Sequence record: PP400786
From: Escherichia phage FL12
Length of the DNA: 64,000 nucleotides
Strand: one strand, 5' to 3'
Shown: positions 52,395 to 62,213 of the stretch, piece by piece
Layout: each line of letters opens with the position of its first letter
Position numbering within the stretch: position 1 is the first letter of the stretch
Notes under the pieces: generated by a model
The model's database searches: none
The model's input: only the letters and a program-made list of their open reading frames with translations
Told to the model about the DNA's origin: nothing
Made by a program: the position numbers and the translations under genes

Positions 52395-52595
52395 ATGGTA
52401 CAAAAATTAATGGCACTTGTTAATGCCATAAAAGGTAATAAAAAACGTATAGCTTTTACTATTTCTGCTATGGTAGGAATTTTACTCTGGAACTTTATTC
52501 TATCACCTGTTGCAATTGCGCATGGTATTAATATTCCAGTAGTTACTCTTGATACATTTGTAGATTTAGCATTTGCTTTAGTTGGGTTGATTTAA
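52395..52595 (+). CDS. small membrane protein on the plus strand
   Basis: 66-aa ORF with two hydrophobic helices; AAGGAGG Shine-Dalgarno 7 nt upstream; convergent with gene 61. Confidence 0.45.
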   Translation: MVQKLMALVNAIKGNKKRIAFTISAMVGILLWNFILSPVAIAHGINIPVVTLDTFVDLAFALVGLI

Positions 52596-53620
52596 ATCTT
52601 AGCATATTTAGATAGCCGCATTTTAGCCATCAACCCCTGGGCAATATTATTTTTCATATATTCCATAATTTGTTCAGGGGTTGCACCTTCCTTTCTAATC
52701 ATATCATTGACATCTTTTGATTTCCAGGGAGATTTATCCCAAAACATAACCCTTTCTCCTGCATCAACTAATTTAGTCATTCGTTTGATAGTGTCAGGGT
52801 GACGAGGTTCATTATCTAAAACCCACACTCGTCTATCTTTAAATGGAACAACTTCTAGGTCTAATTGACCACCTGTAATAGCTATACCATTTTCAATAAA
52901 AAGTGAATCTATAGGTCCTTCTAGAACATATACATCACCATCTTTAACTCGTTCAACTCCATAGATTTTTGTTGCCTCAGGATAAGCTTTGATGGTGATA
53001 TATTTTTGAGGAGCATCTTTCTTTAATGCACGTCCTTGAAAAGACTCAGCTTTTCCATTAGCATTATAAATTGGAATAACAAGACGAGGCTCAGATATTT
53101 CCTTTTTATATGTTCCCGGTGCTATACTATTAACTAATTTAGGCCATTCGGTTGTAAACCAAAGATATTTCCATTTATCCTTTGGAATACAACGAGCTTT
53201 TACGTATTTTATAATTGGGTGGTCTTCCGCCAGTTTATCTAATCTAACACATGACGGAAGAGATTTAATTATTTTCTTCTCAGGTTGTTTAGGAAGTTCT
53301 TTAGGTTTTTCTACTGGACGACTTTTACCTTTTTCTTTTCTTATTTCAAAGATATACTCACGATATAAATCAGGTTCAAACTCCTTTAAATATATTCCGA
53401 TTGGTGCATGATAGTTACAGTTATAACAATGAATATTTCCTTCATTATTATCACCATAATACCATCCACGAGCTTTATTCTGGTCGGTTTTTGAATCTCC
53501 ACAAACAGGGCATCTAAACCGCAATTTAAAAGTTGAACTATTATTTACTTGTGTGAATTTAGGTAAATGAGCTAATGCACGGTATGCAAACTCATTATCA
53601 ATCCAAGGTATTGATGACAT
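52592..53620 (-). CDS. 61: DNA primase
   Basis: 342-aa ORF with zinc ribbon ...FRCPVCGDSKTDQNKARGWYY...HCYNCNYH... and Toprim region. Confidence 0.9.
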   Translation of the reverse strand: MSSIPWIDNEFAYRALAHLPKFTQVNNSSTFKLRFRCPVCGDSKTDQNKARGWYYGDNNEGNIHCYNCNYHAPIGIYLKEFEPDLYREYIFEIRKEKGKSRPVEKPKELPKQPEKKIIKSLPSCVRLDKLAEDHPIIKYVKARCIPKDKWKYLWFTTEWPKLVNSIAPGTYKKEISEPRLVIPIYNANGKAESFQGRALKKDAPQKYITIKAYPEATKIYGVERVKDGDVYVLEGPIDSLFIENGIAITGGQLDLEVVPFKDRRVWVLDNEPRHPDTIKRMTKLVDAGERVMFWDKSPWKSKDVNDMIRKEGATPEQIMEYMKNNIAQGLMAKMRLSKYAKI

Positions 53621-53622
53621 TT

Positions 53623-53787
53623 TTACTCTTCTTTTTCTTTAGATTCCTCTTTTTTCTTTTTAGGAATCTGCTCAGGACCTTTATTTACTACAGCGCCTGA
53701 CGTTGTTCCAGTAGAGATATTTTCAGGATTACCACCTGAATCTCCAGCGACCATATCTTCTTTGATAAATTCTTTATATGTTTTCAT
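53623..53787 (-). CDS. small hypothetical protein (61.1 position)
   Basis: About 54-aa ORF MKTYKEFIKEDMVAGDSGGNPENI...; below track cutoff. Confidence 0.4.
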   Translation of the reverse strand: MKTYKEFIKEDMVAGDSGGNPENISTGTTSGAVVNKGPEQIPKKKKEESKEKEE

Positions 53788-53788
53788 A

Positions 53789-54138
53789 TTAACCTCTATT
53801 CATAAAAGCATTAAAAATTTGGTCATCAATAGATGGCGCAGTAATATTTTCTGCATCATTTAGCAAATCATTAATTTCATCAGATAGCATAACACATGTA
53901 CCTTTATTTCCTGTAATTGTTACTGCACAATTACGAACGTTTTCTTTATCAAATTTTAGGTTAATATTTTCGTAGTGAAAATCCTTTAATGCCGAATATA
54001 TCTTTAAAATGAAATTGTCTTTTACTACAATAAACCCAACCTCACTATTAAAACGTGGTTCATGGAAACTGTAATAAACCTTTTCATCTATAAAATCGTA
54101 TGAAATTTTTCCATTTTTAAATATGAAAATTCAGAACT
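53789..54138 (-). pseudogene. frameshifted, truncated paralog of the upstream 210-aa gene
   Basis: Frame encoding ...FIVVKDNFILK...SIDDQIFNAFMNRG has no usable start; an ATG in another frame stops after 18 codons; last about 40 nt nearly identical to 54141-54190. Confidence 0.5.
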
Positions 54139-54145
54139 ATACATA

Positions 54146-54778
54146 TTAATCTCTATTCATAAAAGCATTAAAAATTTGATCGTCAATAGAAACTTTTACT
54201 TTAGGCTGTTCTTCAAACGGTAATTCATATCCACATATTACAATTTTGTGATCGATACCAAAATACACAGAAGCAATATTATTAATATTATTTTCAGTGA
54301 AATCTAAATCAACATCAATATCTTTTTGACTAACGCTCAAAGGATAATTAATACGAATAATTCGATTATCTTTAACAAAGATTCCACCGACATACTCTGT
54401 GCTGCGTTTAAAGTTTACACGTTTCCTAAATGAAAAATATTCAGGTTCTTTATGGGCTCGACTCATAGGGCTTAAAGTGTATTCCGAATATGAAATATCA
54501 AATCCTACACCTTCAATATGAGCCAAAGTGTCATGATTAAACCAATTATAATCGTATGCCAAATCCATTAAATTGTAATATGTGAAAGGCACCGGATTAA
54601 CATCATATGTTGTACCTTTAAAATCTGCCCAGGCAACGATTTCGTTATCTTTAACAATTACAAAAATTGTGCCAATAAGATATCCACGGTTATTTTCATC
54701 AGGCGTTATATTATAACATTGTGCATCAGGAAATTTACCGTATTTAAACGGTGGATTTTTGTGCATATAATAAATCAT
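54146..54778 (-). CDS. hypothetical protein (61.2 position)
   Basis: 210-aa ORF ending ...SIDDQIFNAFMNRD. Confidence 0.55.
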   Translation of the reverse strand: MIYYMHKNPPFKYGKFPDAQCYNITPDENNRGYLIGTIFVIVKDNEIVAWADFKGTTYDVNPVPFTYYNLMDLAYDYNWFNHDTLAHIEGVGFDISYSEYTLSPMSRAHKEPEYFSFRKRVNFKRSTEYVGGIFVKDNRIIRINYPLSVSQKDIDVDLDFTENNINNIASVYFGIDHKIVICGYELPFEEQPKVKVSIDDQIFNAFMNRD

Positions 54779-54779
54779 A

Positions 54780-55073
54780 TTATTCGCCTGTGATTTCGGT
54801 TACGATATTTTTATTATTGAAGTTTTTATCACAATACAGAACGTAATTATACTGCATTACCCCACCAGACTTAAGCTGTTTTTGTACTTCAGCTTTCATT
54901 TCAGGACGATCACGCTCAACGATATTCATAATATCTGCTTCAATTTGAGTTTCAACCTCAGTCTGATCCGCAGTCATAGACCATTCGCACAAATCTTTAT
55001 CATAGCCTGCCATAGCAGGCTGAGCAGCACAAGAAGATAAAGCAAAAATTGTAGCAAAGATAAATTTTTTCAT
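54780..55073 (-). CDS. sp: Spackle periplasmic protein (superinfection exclusion)
   Basis: 97-aa ORF MKKFIFATIFALSSCAAQPAMAGYDKDLCEW... with signal peptide. Confidence 0.85.
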   Translation of the reverse strand: MKKFIFATIFALSSCAAQPAMAGYDKDLCEWSMTADQTEVETQIEADIMNIVERDRPEMKAEVQKQLKSGGVMQYNYVLYCDKNFNNKNIVTEITGE

Positions 55074-55098
55074 GATAATCTCCTCAGTAGTTTATGTT

Positions 55099-55130
55099 TA
55101 TAGTATCTCAATTTCCAACAAAAGTAAACA
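55099..55130 (-). promoter_or_regulatory. early promoter upstream of sp
   Basis: Minus strand GTTTAC, 18 nt, TACTATA. Confidence 0.5.
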
Positions 55131-55131
55131 G

Positions 55132-55389
55132 TTATTTTAAAACTTCTGCATAATCACATGTTACAAACTGTTTCTCTAACTTGACGATTTTACGAAAGTA
55201 TCTTTTGCATTGGCGAATCTGCCGCTTCGTAGGGCGAACAGCAAACTTAATAAATTCCACTCGACCAAATGGAGGGTTTTCTTCTGCTGGAATATCTAAC
55301 ACCAATTCCCACGTATCCGCAATAAGTGCTTTGAATTGAGTATTTTTCCTAACGTTATACGGAGTAGGTTTAAATAAAACAATATGCAT
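55132..55389 (-). CDS. hypothetical protein
   Basis: Track ORF 55132..55443, shortened to internal Met to avoid overlap with dmd. Confidence 0.45.
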   Translation of the reverse strand: MHIVLFKPTPYNVRKNTQFKALIADTWELVLDIPAEENPPFGRVEFIKFAVRPTKRQIRQCKRYFRKIVKLEKQFVTCDYAEVLK

Positions 55390-55390
55390 A

Positions 55391-55573
55391 TTATCCTCGG
55401 CAATCCACTTCACATACTTTCTTGTCATCAATAAAAGCTTCAACTAATGCTTTATTAACTTCAGCATACTGAGTAGTAGCCCATTGAACGTCATCTTTCA
55501 TCATTGTGGTTTCTTTAGTAAACATGCTTTCATTCTTAAACCACCCCATAAAAACTACCTTTACCAATTCCAT
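55391..55573 (-). CDS. dmd: Dmd antitoxin
   Basis: 60-aa ORF MELVKVVFMGWFKNESMFTKETTMMKDDVQWATTQYAEVNKALVEAFIDDKKVCEVDCRG. Confidence 0.85.
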   Translation of the reverse strand: MELVKVVFMGWFKNESMFTKETTMMKDDVQWATTQYAEVNKALVEAFIDDKKVCEVDCRG

Positions 55574-55601
55574 AACAATCTCCTCATTTAACCAACAAGA
55601 C

Positions 55602-55632
55602 TACTATACCATAGTCTCGTCAGCTTGTAAAC
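55602..55632 (-). promoter_or_regulatory. early promoter upstream of dmd
   Basis: Minus strand GTTTACA, 17 nt, TATAGTA. Confidence 0.45.
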
Positions 55633-57059
55633 TAAAATTTTAATTCATTCGCCAAAGCATCTAACTGAGCTCGAGCTGATTCGTTTCTTTGATAGCGATT
55701 CTGTTCAGCCTGAATCTGTTGTGAACCTGCTACTTCGTTCACTTCAGTTGGAGTAGAATCTTGTTCAATTTCTACCCATTTCTGATTTCCCTTTTGAACA
55801 CCCATCAAAAACTTATTCCATTTGTTCTTATCGCCATATCGTGATTTGATTTGCTTAATGAGTTGTTGTTCAGCAGCTGCTAGCTCCTCGGTTTCAATGA
55901 CTGCAAGCATAAAATCAGCTGTTGCTGGAAGACCGGCAGATTCTGCAATATCGCTCATGTTAACATCGGAAGAGTCCCAAGCTTGTTTACCAACCTGTGC
56001 TGCAGTCCAAAGAACAGTTTCGGTTTCAACAGCCAGAGCACGCAATTCCTCGGCAATAGCTTTAACAGTTGTGTAACTATTTTCTGAATAAACTCTAATG
56101 CGGCAAGATTTACAAATACCTAGATAGTCGACAATAATGATTGTTGGAACAAAATTCTTCTTGAGCTTCAATTCGTTTAAAAGTGATCGAAATGTATTAG
56201 CATCTGCTCCACCAGTAGGATATTGTTTAACGATTAAACGACCGAGAGTAGATTTCTCACGCCATTTTTCCATTTTTCCTTTATACTCAGCGTAAGAAAT
56301 ATGCCCATCATCAATGTCATCAAGAGAAACATCAAGCATATTAGCGTCAATACGTTTAGCACAGACTTCTTCTGCCATTTCCATGGAGATATAAAGAACG
56401 TTATGACCAAGCTGTAAATAATCTGCTGCCAATGAACACAATCCTAATGATTTACCAACGTTAACGCCAGCCATTAAAACGTTCAGTGTTCCAGTCTCAG
56501 CTCCGCCTTTAGTAATTTTGTTTAGAATTCTGAGTTTAAATGGAACCTTACGAGCTTTATTCATATAAGATAGCCAGCGTGCTTCGTAGTCATCCATCCA
56601 ATCATGACCAACGTAGCTATCAAATGAAATTGATAATGCTTGACGCATGATGTCAGGAATAGCACCAACATCCGGCATTTTCTTATTTCGTTTTTCCGGA
56701 GGAAGCTCAGCATTAGTTTGAATTTCGATTATTTTAGACGTAGCATTAAACATCGCCCTTTGCTGAACATATTTTTCTGTTTCTTTTACTAACCAGCTGT
56801 GGTCTTCTGGAGAATCGGCTAGTTTTGAAATAAGTGTTTTTACACCAGAATATTCCGTTTCAGTAAATGAACTATTTTCTAATGCAACATTTAACGCATT
56901 AATAGATGGAACGCTATGATACTCATTGACATGAGATTTAATTAATTTGAATGTATTTTTAGCTGGACCACTTTCAAAATATTCTGAATCCATATATGGC
57001 CAAACTTTTGAAAAATAAGCTTGATCAAATATGAGATGAGAAAGAATAATTTCTACCAC
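55632..57059 (-). CDS. 41: replicative DNA helicase (DnaB-like)
   Basis: 475-aa ORF with Walker A ...LMAGVNVGKSLGL... Confidence 0.9.
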   Translation of the reverse strand: MVEIILSHLIFDQAYFSKVWPYMDSEYFESGPAKNTFKLIKSHVNEYHSVPSINALNVALENSSFTETEYSGVKTLISKLADSPEDHSWLVKETEKYVQQRAMFNATSKIIEIQTNAELPPEKRNKKMPDVGAIPDIMRQALSISFDSYVGHDWMDDYEARWLSYMNKARKVPFKLRILNKITKGGAETGTLNVLMAGVNVGKSLGLCSLAADYLQLGHNVLYISMEMAEEVCAKRIDANMLDVSLDDIDDGHISYAEYKGKMEKWREKSTLGRLIVKQYPTGGADANTFRSLLNELKLKKNFVPTIIIVDYLGICKSCRIRVYSENSYTTVKAIAEELRALAVETETVLWTAAQVGKQAWDSSDVNMSDIAESAGLPATADFMLAVIETEELAAAEQQLIKQIKSRYGDKNKWNKFLMGVQKGNQKWVEIEQDSTPTEVNEVAGSQQIQAEQNRYQRNESARAQLDALANELKF

Positions 57060-57068
57060 ACTTACTCC

Positions 57069-57413
57069 TTAAAAGAATTTAAACTTTTTCTTTGACCTTT
57101 TATTAAATGCATCTTGTAGTTGCATTGTAATACATTTTTCTACATGAGGAGCTAACTCAGCTTTTCTTTCTTGGTCAAGAACAGCAAAGTCCATTACGAC
57201 TTTTCCATCAACCCAATCTAATTTTGTCACATACACAATGTGCGTAGAACCATCTTCTAGTTTAATGACAATCTCCTGGATAACATTTTCCATGGCAGAT
57301 TTAATTATCTTAAGAGACTCATTAAAAAGACGTTCTTTTCTTTCTTCTTCCCCCTCCGAAGAGGGGGATTCATCGATAATTTCTAGATCTAAATCTAAAT
57401 CATCTTTATTCAT
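57069..57413 (-). CDS. 40: head vertex assembly chaperone
   Basis: About 114 aa between uvsX and 41; assigned mainly by synteny. Confidence 0.55.
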   Translation of the reverse strand: MNKDDLDLDLEIIDESPSSEGEEERKERLFNESLKIIKSAMENVIQEIVIKLEDGSTHIVYVTKLDWVDGKVVMDFAVLDQERKAELAPHVEKCITMQLQDAFNKRSKKKFKFF

Positions 57414-58581
57414 TAAATTCTTCCATATCACTTAACTGTTCGAGGTCAGTTTCTAAATTAGCAGCTGATTTACTTTTACTTTCTGGAGATTTAAATTTTT
57501 CAACCTTTGAGTTAATCAATTCATCAACTTCAGCTTCAACAATTTCATTACTATCAATAGCACCTAACTGATAAGCACGTTTAATAGCATCTCGGAATGG
57601 TTGATGCTTAAATAAAGGACCCCAGAATGTAGTGCAGTTGGTATCTTTTGCACGCCAAGATTTTTCTTCGCGAATCATCTCGCCGGTTTCTTCATCAAGA
57701 AATTCACGAGCATACCAGCCATTTTTAGGTTTTACCACGAATCCTAATTCTAGAGCCATATCTAACAATCCAGAATAAGGATCGATACCACCGTCAAATT
57801 TAACATCAATAAAGAATTTACTTTTTTCTTTAACGGTACGAGATTTTTCTACATTTAGAACAAATTGATACCCTTGAAGATCAGAACCATCTTTAATCTG
57901 GCGTTTACCGATAATGAATACGGTATCAGCCGAATACATCGGTCCAGTACCACCTCCCATAACTGTTTTACTAAACATTTCTTGTGTTTCGTATGTATGG
58001 TTAATAGCAATACATGGAATATTTTTAGTACTAAAATAGGGAGTTACGATACGAAATAAGCTTTTCATTGTTTTAGCTCTAGTCATATCACTAACAACTT
58101 TTTCATTTAAAGCATCTTCAGTTTCTTTCTTAGAAGCTAAGTTACCAAGTGAATCGATAAAAACGACTACCTTTTCGCCACGTTCAATTGCATCCAATTG
58201 ATTAACCATGTCAATACGTAATTGCTCAAGTGATTGAACCGGAGTATGAATTACTCGTTCTGGATCGACTCCCATAGACCGCAAATAAGCAGGAGTAATA
58301 CCAAATTCACTATCATAAAACAAACATACTGCATCAGGATATTGACGCATGTAAGATGACACCATTGTTAATCCAAAGTTTGATTTAAATGATTTTGATG
58401 GACCTGCCAAAATTAACAGACCAGATTGCATACCACCAGTAATTTCACCAGAAAGTGCAATATTCATCATAGGAATTTTTGTTCGAACTACATCTTTTTC
58501 ATTAAAGAATTTAGATGCTGTTAATTCTGCAGTCAATTTAGAAGTAGAAGCTTTAATCAAACGAGATTTTAAATCAGACAT
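57406..58581 (-). CDS. uvsX: UvsX recombinase (RecA-like)
   Basis: 391-aa ORF MSDLKSRLIKASTSKLTAELTASKFF... with Walker A ...GPSKSFKS... Confidence 0.9.
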   Translation of the reverse strand: MSDLKSRLIKASTSKLTAELTASKFFNEKDVVRTKIPMMNIALSGEITGGMQSGLLILAGPSKSFKSNFGLTMVSSYMRQYPDAVCLFYDSEFGITPAYLRSMGVDPERVIHTPVQSLEQLRIDMVNQLDAIERGEKVVVFIDSLGNLASKKETEDALNEKVVSDMTRAKTMKSLFRIVTPYFSTKNIPCIAINHTYETQEMFSKTVMGGGTGPMYSADTVFIIGKRQIKDGSDLQGYQFVLNVEKSRTVKEKSKFFIDVKFDGGIDPYSGLLDMALELGFVVKPKNGWYAREFLDEETGEMIREEKSWRAKDTNCTTFWGPLFKHQPFRDAIKRAYQLGAIDSNEIVEAEVDELINSKVEKFKSPESKSKSAANLETDLEQLSDMEEFNE

Positions 58582-58589
58582 ATAATACC

Positions 58590-59267
58590 TTATAGTAGTG
58601 TTCTTGTTCCACGAAATACTTCGAGCATTCTTGCATAAGATTTATTTGGAAATCCAGCTTCAATTGCTAATTTTTTAAGCTTAATAGCACCGGGTTTTCC
58701 AGAGTTTTCCCATATTTCTTTAATCTTTTCAATGTTATCCCACATTATTGGGTCACGTTTATGTGATGGTTTATTTCTATTATAACCATATGGATTATTA
58801 AGCAAAGCTTCTTTTCGTTTTGCTTTAGTTTCTTCTGACTGCTTTTTGCCTAGCTGGGCTTTCCGGCAAACATCACTAAATCCAAGATGTTTTGGTTTTC
58901 CTTTTTGAGCTTTTGAAATTTTTTCTTTGGTTTCTGATGAAACTCTATAACCAATTCTTCTACCACCCTCTCCACCAATTTTTAAATTATAAGTCATAGG
59001 ATCATTTACCACATCTATTGTTACTAATTCTCTTTCAGCATCACGGGCTGATTTAAAATCTTTATAAAACCCAAGAATGCTTAAATTAAAATTTTTCTTA
59101 CCATACTTTTTCTTGGCTTGTGCTAATAAAGTTCCTGATCCCATATAACCATCATTTAAATCATCGGTTGAATGAGTTCCATAGTAAATTTTATTATTAA
59201 CTAAATTAGTTATAACATAAGTATAATTATATTTCTTTTCTTTATGTCTTTTCATGTCATTAATCAA
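58590..59267 (-). CDS. segA: GIY-YIG homing endonuclease (SegA-like)
   Basis: GIY-YIG motif YNYTYVITNLVNNKIYYGTH...; between beta-gt and uvsX as T4 segA. Confidence 0.7.
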   Translation of the reverse strand: MINDMKRHKEKKYNYTYVITNLVNNKIYYGTHSTDDLNDGYMGSGTLLAQAKKKYGKKNFNLSILGFYKDFKSARDAERELVTIDVVNDPMTYNLKIGGEGGRRIGYRVSSETKEKISKAQKGKPKHLGFSDVCRKAQLGKKQSEETKAKRKEALLNNPYGYNRNKPSHKRDPIMWDNIEKIKEIWENSGKPGAIKLKKLAIEAGFPNKSYARMLEVFRGTRTLL

Positions 59268-59419
59268 CTGCTATTCGATGAACTTCTCTCTTTTCTAATC
59301 AATATAACAAAAGAAGTCCCAAAAAGCAAACAGACCTAAACCGATAATAAGCAATAAAGGTCCTAACATTTATTCCACCGGTTAAAGATAAATAACTTTC
59401 TAATAATAGTTCATAATTT

Positions 59420-60475
59420 TTATAAATCAATAGCTTTTTTGAACGCATCTTGCCATTCGGCTTTCTTTGCACGGGTTTTATTTAAAATATCATGTTGAAT
59501 AGAAAGCATCTCTTTACGTAAAACATCACTGTGTTTTAACTCATTGACTCTATCAATGAGTTCAGCACGATTATTTACATAAAAACGAGCATCATTAATA
59601 ATTCGATGTTTGGTATCAAATTCTTCGTCAATTAGCATCACTGCATCAGATGCCATTGTTTCCCAGACGCGTAAGGTAATAAAGTTGTCATTATAATTCT
59701 TGTCACCAATAATTAATGCAGCAATAGCTTGACTATTCTTTTCAGATACCATGTTCATAGGAATTTTTCCAGTAAACGCCGGAGCTTTGGTCCAAGGATA
59801 TTTAGGATTTTTAAACTGTTTTTCTCGTGCATTGCCAAAAAACTCAATATTTAAACCGGTGTCAAATAAGAATTCTACCATCTTGGATTCGCGTTGACCG
59901 GACCGAAATGAACCGCCATAAATAACATCCAAAGTTTTCTTGGTAGGCTTAGATAATTGAAAATCGTTCATATGAATTTTATATTGTTCAATAGGAAAAT
60001 ATTCAAATTCAATAACATTATCAACTTTCTTATGCGCAGCCTTAGCAATGTCTAAATTTATACCTTGGGAAATCACTTTAATTGGTGATTTAATTAATAG
60101 CTCTTCTTCAGTGTACAAATATGCCCATGGTCTATTTTTAACATTTGGCCAAGACTGCGAAAACGGCAAACGTATATCTGTAAATAAATAATAAATTTTA
60201 CTTTTGTATTTTGCCATAAATTTTTGCGCAGATAAAATTGCTAAATTAAGTTTACCGCCAAAAAAGTTAATAGAAGAATTAACAACTATCAAACGGTCAT
60301 AATCATTAACATCTACTTCATCAAAAGATTTAGTGTAAACACCATTTTTAAGAGAAATAATGTCGACATTAAGACCCATTTCAGAAATAACTTTAAAAAG
60401 ATAAATAGTTTCAGAAGATGGAACAGTTTTAAAATTAATAACATTATTACCCATATTAATTATAGCAATTTTCAT
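59420..60475 (-). CDS. bgt: DNA beta-glucosyltransferase
   Basis: 351-aa ORF MKIAIINMGNNVINFKTVPSSETIYLFKVISEMGLNVDIISL... Confidence 0.9.
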   Translation of the reverse strand: MKIAIINMGNNVINFKTVPSSETIYLFKVISEMGLNVDIISLKNGVYTKSFDEVDVNDYDRLIVVNSSINFFGGKLNLAILSAQKFMAKYKSKIYYLFTDIRLPFSQSWPNVKNRPWAYLYTEEELLIKSPIKVISQGINLDIAKAAHKKVDNVIEFEYFPIEQYKIHMNDFQLSKPTKKTLDVIYGGSFRSGQRESKMVEFLFDTGLNIEFFGNAREKQFKNPKYPWTKAPAFTGKIPMNMVSEKNSQAIAALIIGDKNYNDNFITLRVWETMASDAVMLIDEEFDTKHRIINDARFYVNNRAELIDRVNELKHSDVLRKEMLSIQHDILNKTRAKKAEWQDAFKKAIDL

Positions 60476-60498
60476 ATTATTCCTTTTATGTTAAACGA

Positions 60499-61239
60499 TT
60501 AAGCGTATTTTCCTACATAATCTTTTTTCGAAATATGTGTTTCGCCAGTTTTCCACCAATGATCAACCAAATAAAAATGACGAGAATACACATGTAGGCT
60601 TCCAACATTCCATATAATGGAACCTGCTTTATACTGGCGAGTTGAATCACCTGCATTCAAATCAGATACTAATTTATCTAATACGTATTTTTGCCATGCA
60701 TAATCATTACGGAATCCGAAGACCACGTCATTTGAGCGCATGCTTACTACTGCATTGACTTTCTTGTCACGAATCAGGTATTGTACTGTATTCGTGCACA
60801 TGAAATCTGACATACCATCTTTATTATAGTCAAACTGCATAGATGGACGAGTATAAATCATGATACCACGTCGAGAATCAGGATTTTGACCAAGTTCAGC
60901 TAAACACATGTCATATTGAGCATAGTTATCTTCTGACCAGATAGCCCAACCATAATTCGAGTTAATTTCACCTTTAGAAGATGCTACTTGTTGCCAAATC
61001 TTCGGTGTTTCACCTGGAATATCTTTAACAAACAAACTCTTAGATTTATACCATTCAAGTTCACGCTGAATGTATTCATCATTAAGAGCGCCAAAAATAA
61101 AAGGTTCATCTGCTACAAATGATGCGCCAATAATTTCAATAGTTTTAACACCAGTTTTATCAACTACGAAATCTTTTTCTTTTAATGCAAGCCCCAAATG
61201 AAGACGGATTTCTTCAACTGTCATAGAGTCACTAATCAT
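60499..61239 (-). CDS. 42: dCMP hydroxymethylase
   Basis: 246-aa thymidylate-synthase-like ORF. Confidence 0.9.
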   Translation of the reverse strand: MISDSMTVEEIRLHLGLALKEKDFVVDKTGVKTIEIIGASFVADEPFIFGALNDEYIQRELEWYKSKSLFVKDIPGETPKIWQQVASSKGEINSNYGWAIWSEDNYAQYDMCLAELGQNPDSRRGIMIYTRPSMQFDYNKDGMSDFMCTNTVQYLIRDKKVNAVVSMRSNDVVFGFRNDYAWQKYVLDKLVSDLNAGDSTRQYKAGSIIWNVGSLHVYSRHFYLVDHWWKTGETHISKKDYVGKYA

Positions 61240-61392
61240 TTAAACCTCAATTGATACATTCATATTTAACTTGTAACAGTAATAAACCCCAACCTAAAAT
61301 AATAGTTGGAATCATAAGAGGAACCGTTACACTATAGTATATACTTATTATAACCATCAAGATTAAAAGCAATGCTGCTATAATTTTGCTTT

Positions 61393-61644
61393 TCATTCCT
61401 TCTCTCTGATGATAATTACCTGATTTGGCTGTGCAGACTTTTTAGTTTCACCTGCAATTGACCAAATAAATGTAATAAACCAACCAATAATTGACCAGTT
61501 AAACAGTAAAGATGTGAAAAAGATTCCTACTGTCGATTTTGACCCACGCATCAAGGCGATAAACCATGGAAGCATGTATATAATAATAGCCAACACACCT
61601 GAAACTAAAACCATAAAAATTGAACCTGCTACTAAAGTTTCCAT
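61393..61644 (-). CDS. imm: superinfection immunity membrane protein
   Basis: 83-aa ORF with two TM helices, between 42 and 43. Confidence 0.7.
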   Translation of the reverse strand: METLVAGSIFMVLVSGVLAIIIYMLPWFIALMRGSKSTVGIFFTSLLFNWSIIGWFITFIWSIAGETKKSAQPNQVIIIREKE

Positions 61645-61651
61645 CTTTTCC

Positions 61652-62032
61652 TCACTTAGTCAAATTTTTTACACATGAATTATAAGAATTCACTACATAC
61701 TCCATCGGAGCAGTTTTACCTGTGCGCCATTGGTAATTATTAGCCCAATTTGCCCAAAGTTCAGCGCAGTAGTTTTCAATTTTTTCTTCGCGTGTAATTA
61801 CATCAGAATTACGATATGCTTGAGCAGATTCATCTGGACGAATAGCTTCGTCAAAATTCGCCTGCATTTGTTCTACTGTCTGTTTTGGAGCTTCTTTATA
61901 ACACTTGACATTAGGATTATAAAATTTGCTTGAACAGTTTACAATTTTTCCTACATCAGACTGATTTACTACCGGTCCTTGAGCTACACAACCAGCAAGA
62001 CCTAATGCAATAACCAAAATAGCGATTTTCAT
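61652..62032 (-). CDS. putative lipoprotein (imm.1 position)
   Basis: MKIAILVIALGLAGC... signal peptide with lipobox; internal Met of track ORF 61652..62044. Confidence 0.5.
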   Translation of the reverse strand: MKIAILVIALGLAGCVAQGPVVNQSDVGKIVNCSSKFYNPNVKCYKEAPKQTVEQMQANFDEAIRPDESAQAYRNSDVITREEKIENYCAELWANWANNYQWRTGKTAPMEYVVNSYNSCVKNLTK

Positions 62033-62064
62033 TTCATTCTCCAAATCCGTATCAGTTGATAGTT

Positions 62065-62096
62065 GTATAGTACTATAGAAGAGCAGGGATGTAAAC
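62065..62096 (-). promoter_or_regulatory. early promoter
   Basis: Minus strand GTTTACA, 17 nt, TACTATAC. Confidence 0.5.
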
Positions 62097-62178
62097 AGTT
62101 ATGTGAAAAAATTTTTAGGGAATCCAAAGGGTCCAGAATCATCTCTTTTTCATAAGTATAGATTTATATTACTTGTAT

Positions 62179-62200
62179 GAAAAAGGGACCTGGAGGTCCC
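62179..62200 (-). terminator. intrinsic terminator after gene 43
   Basis: Hairpin GGGACC-UCCA-GGUCCC followed by U5. Confidence 0.55.
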
Positions 62201-62213
62201 TAGATTTATTCTA

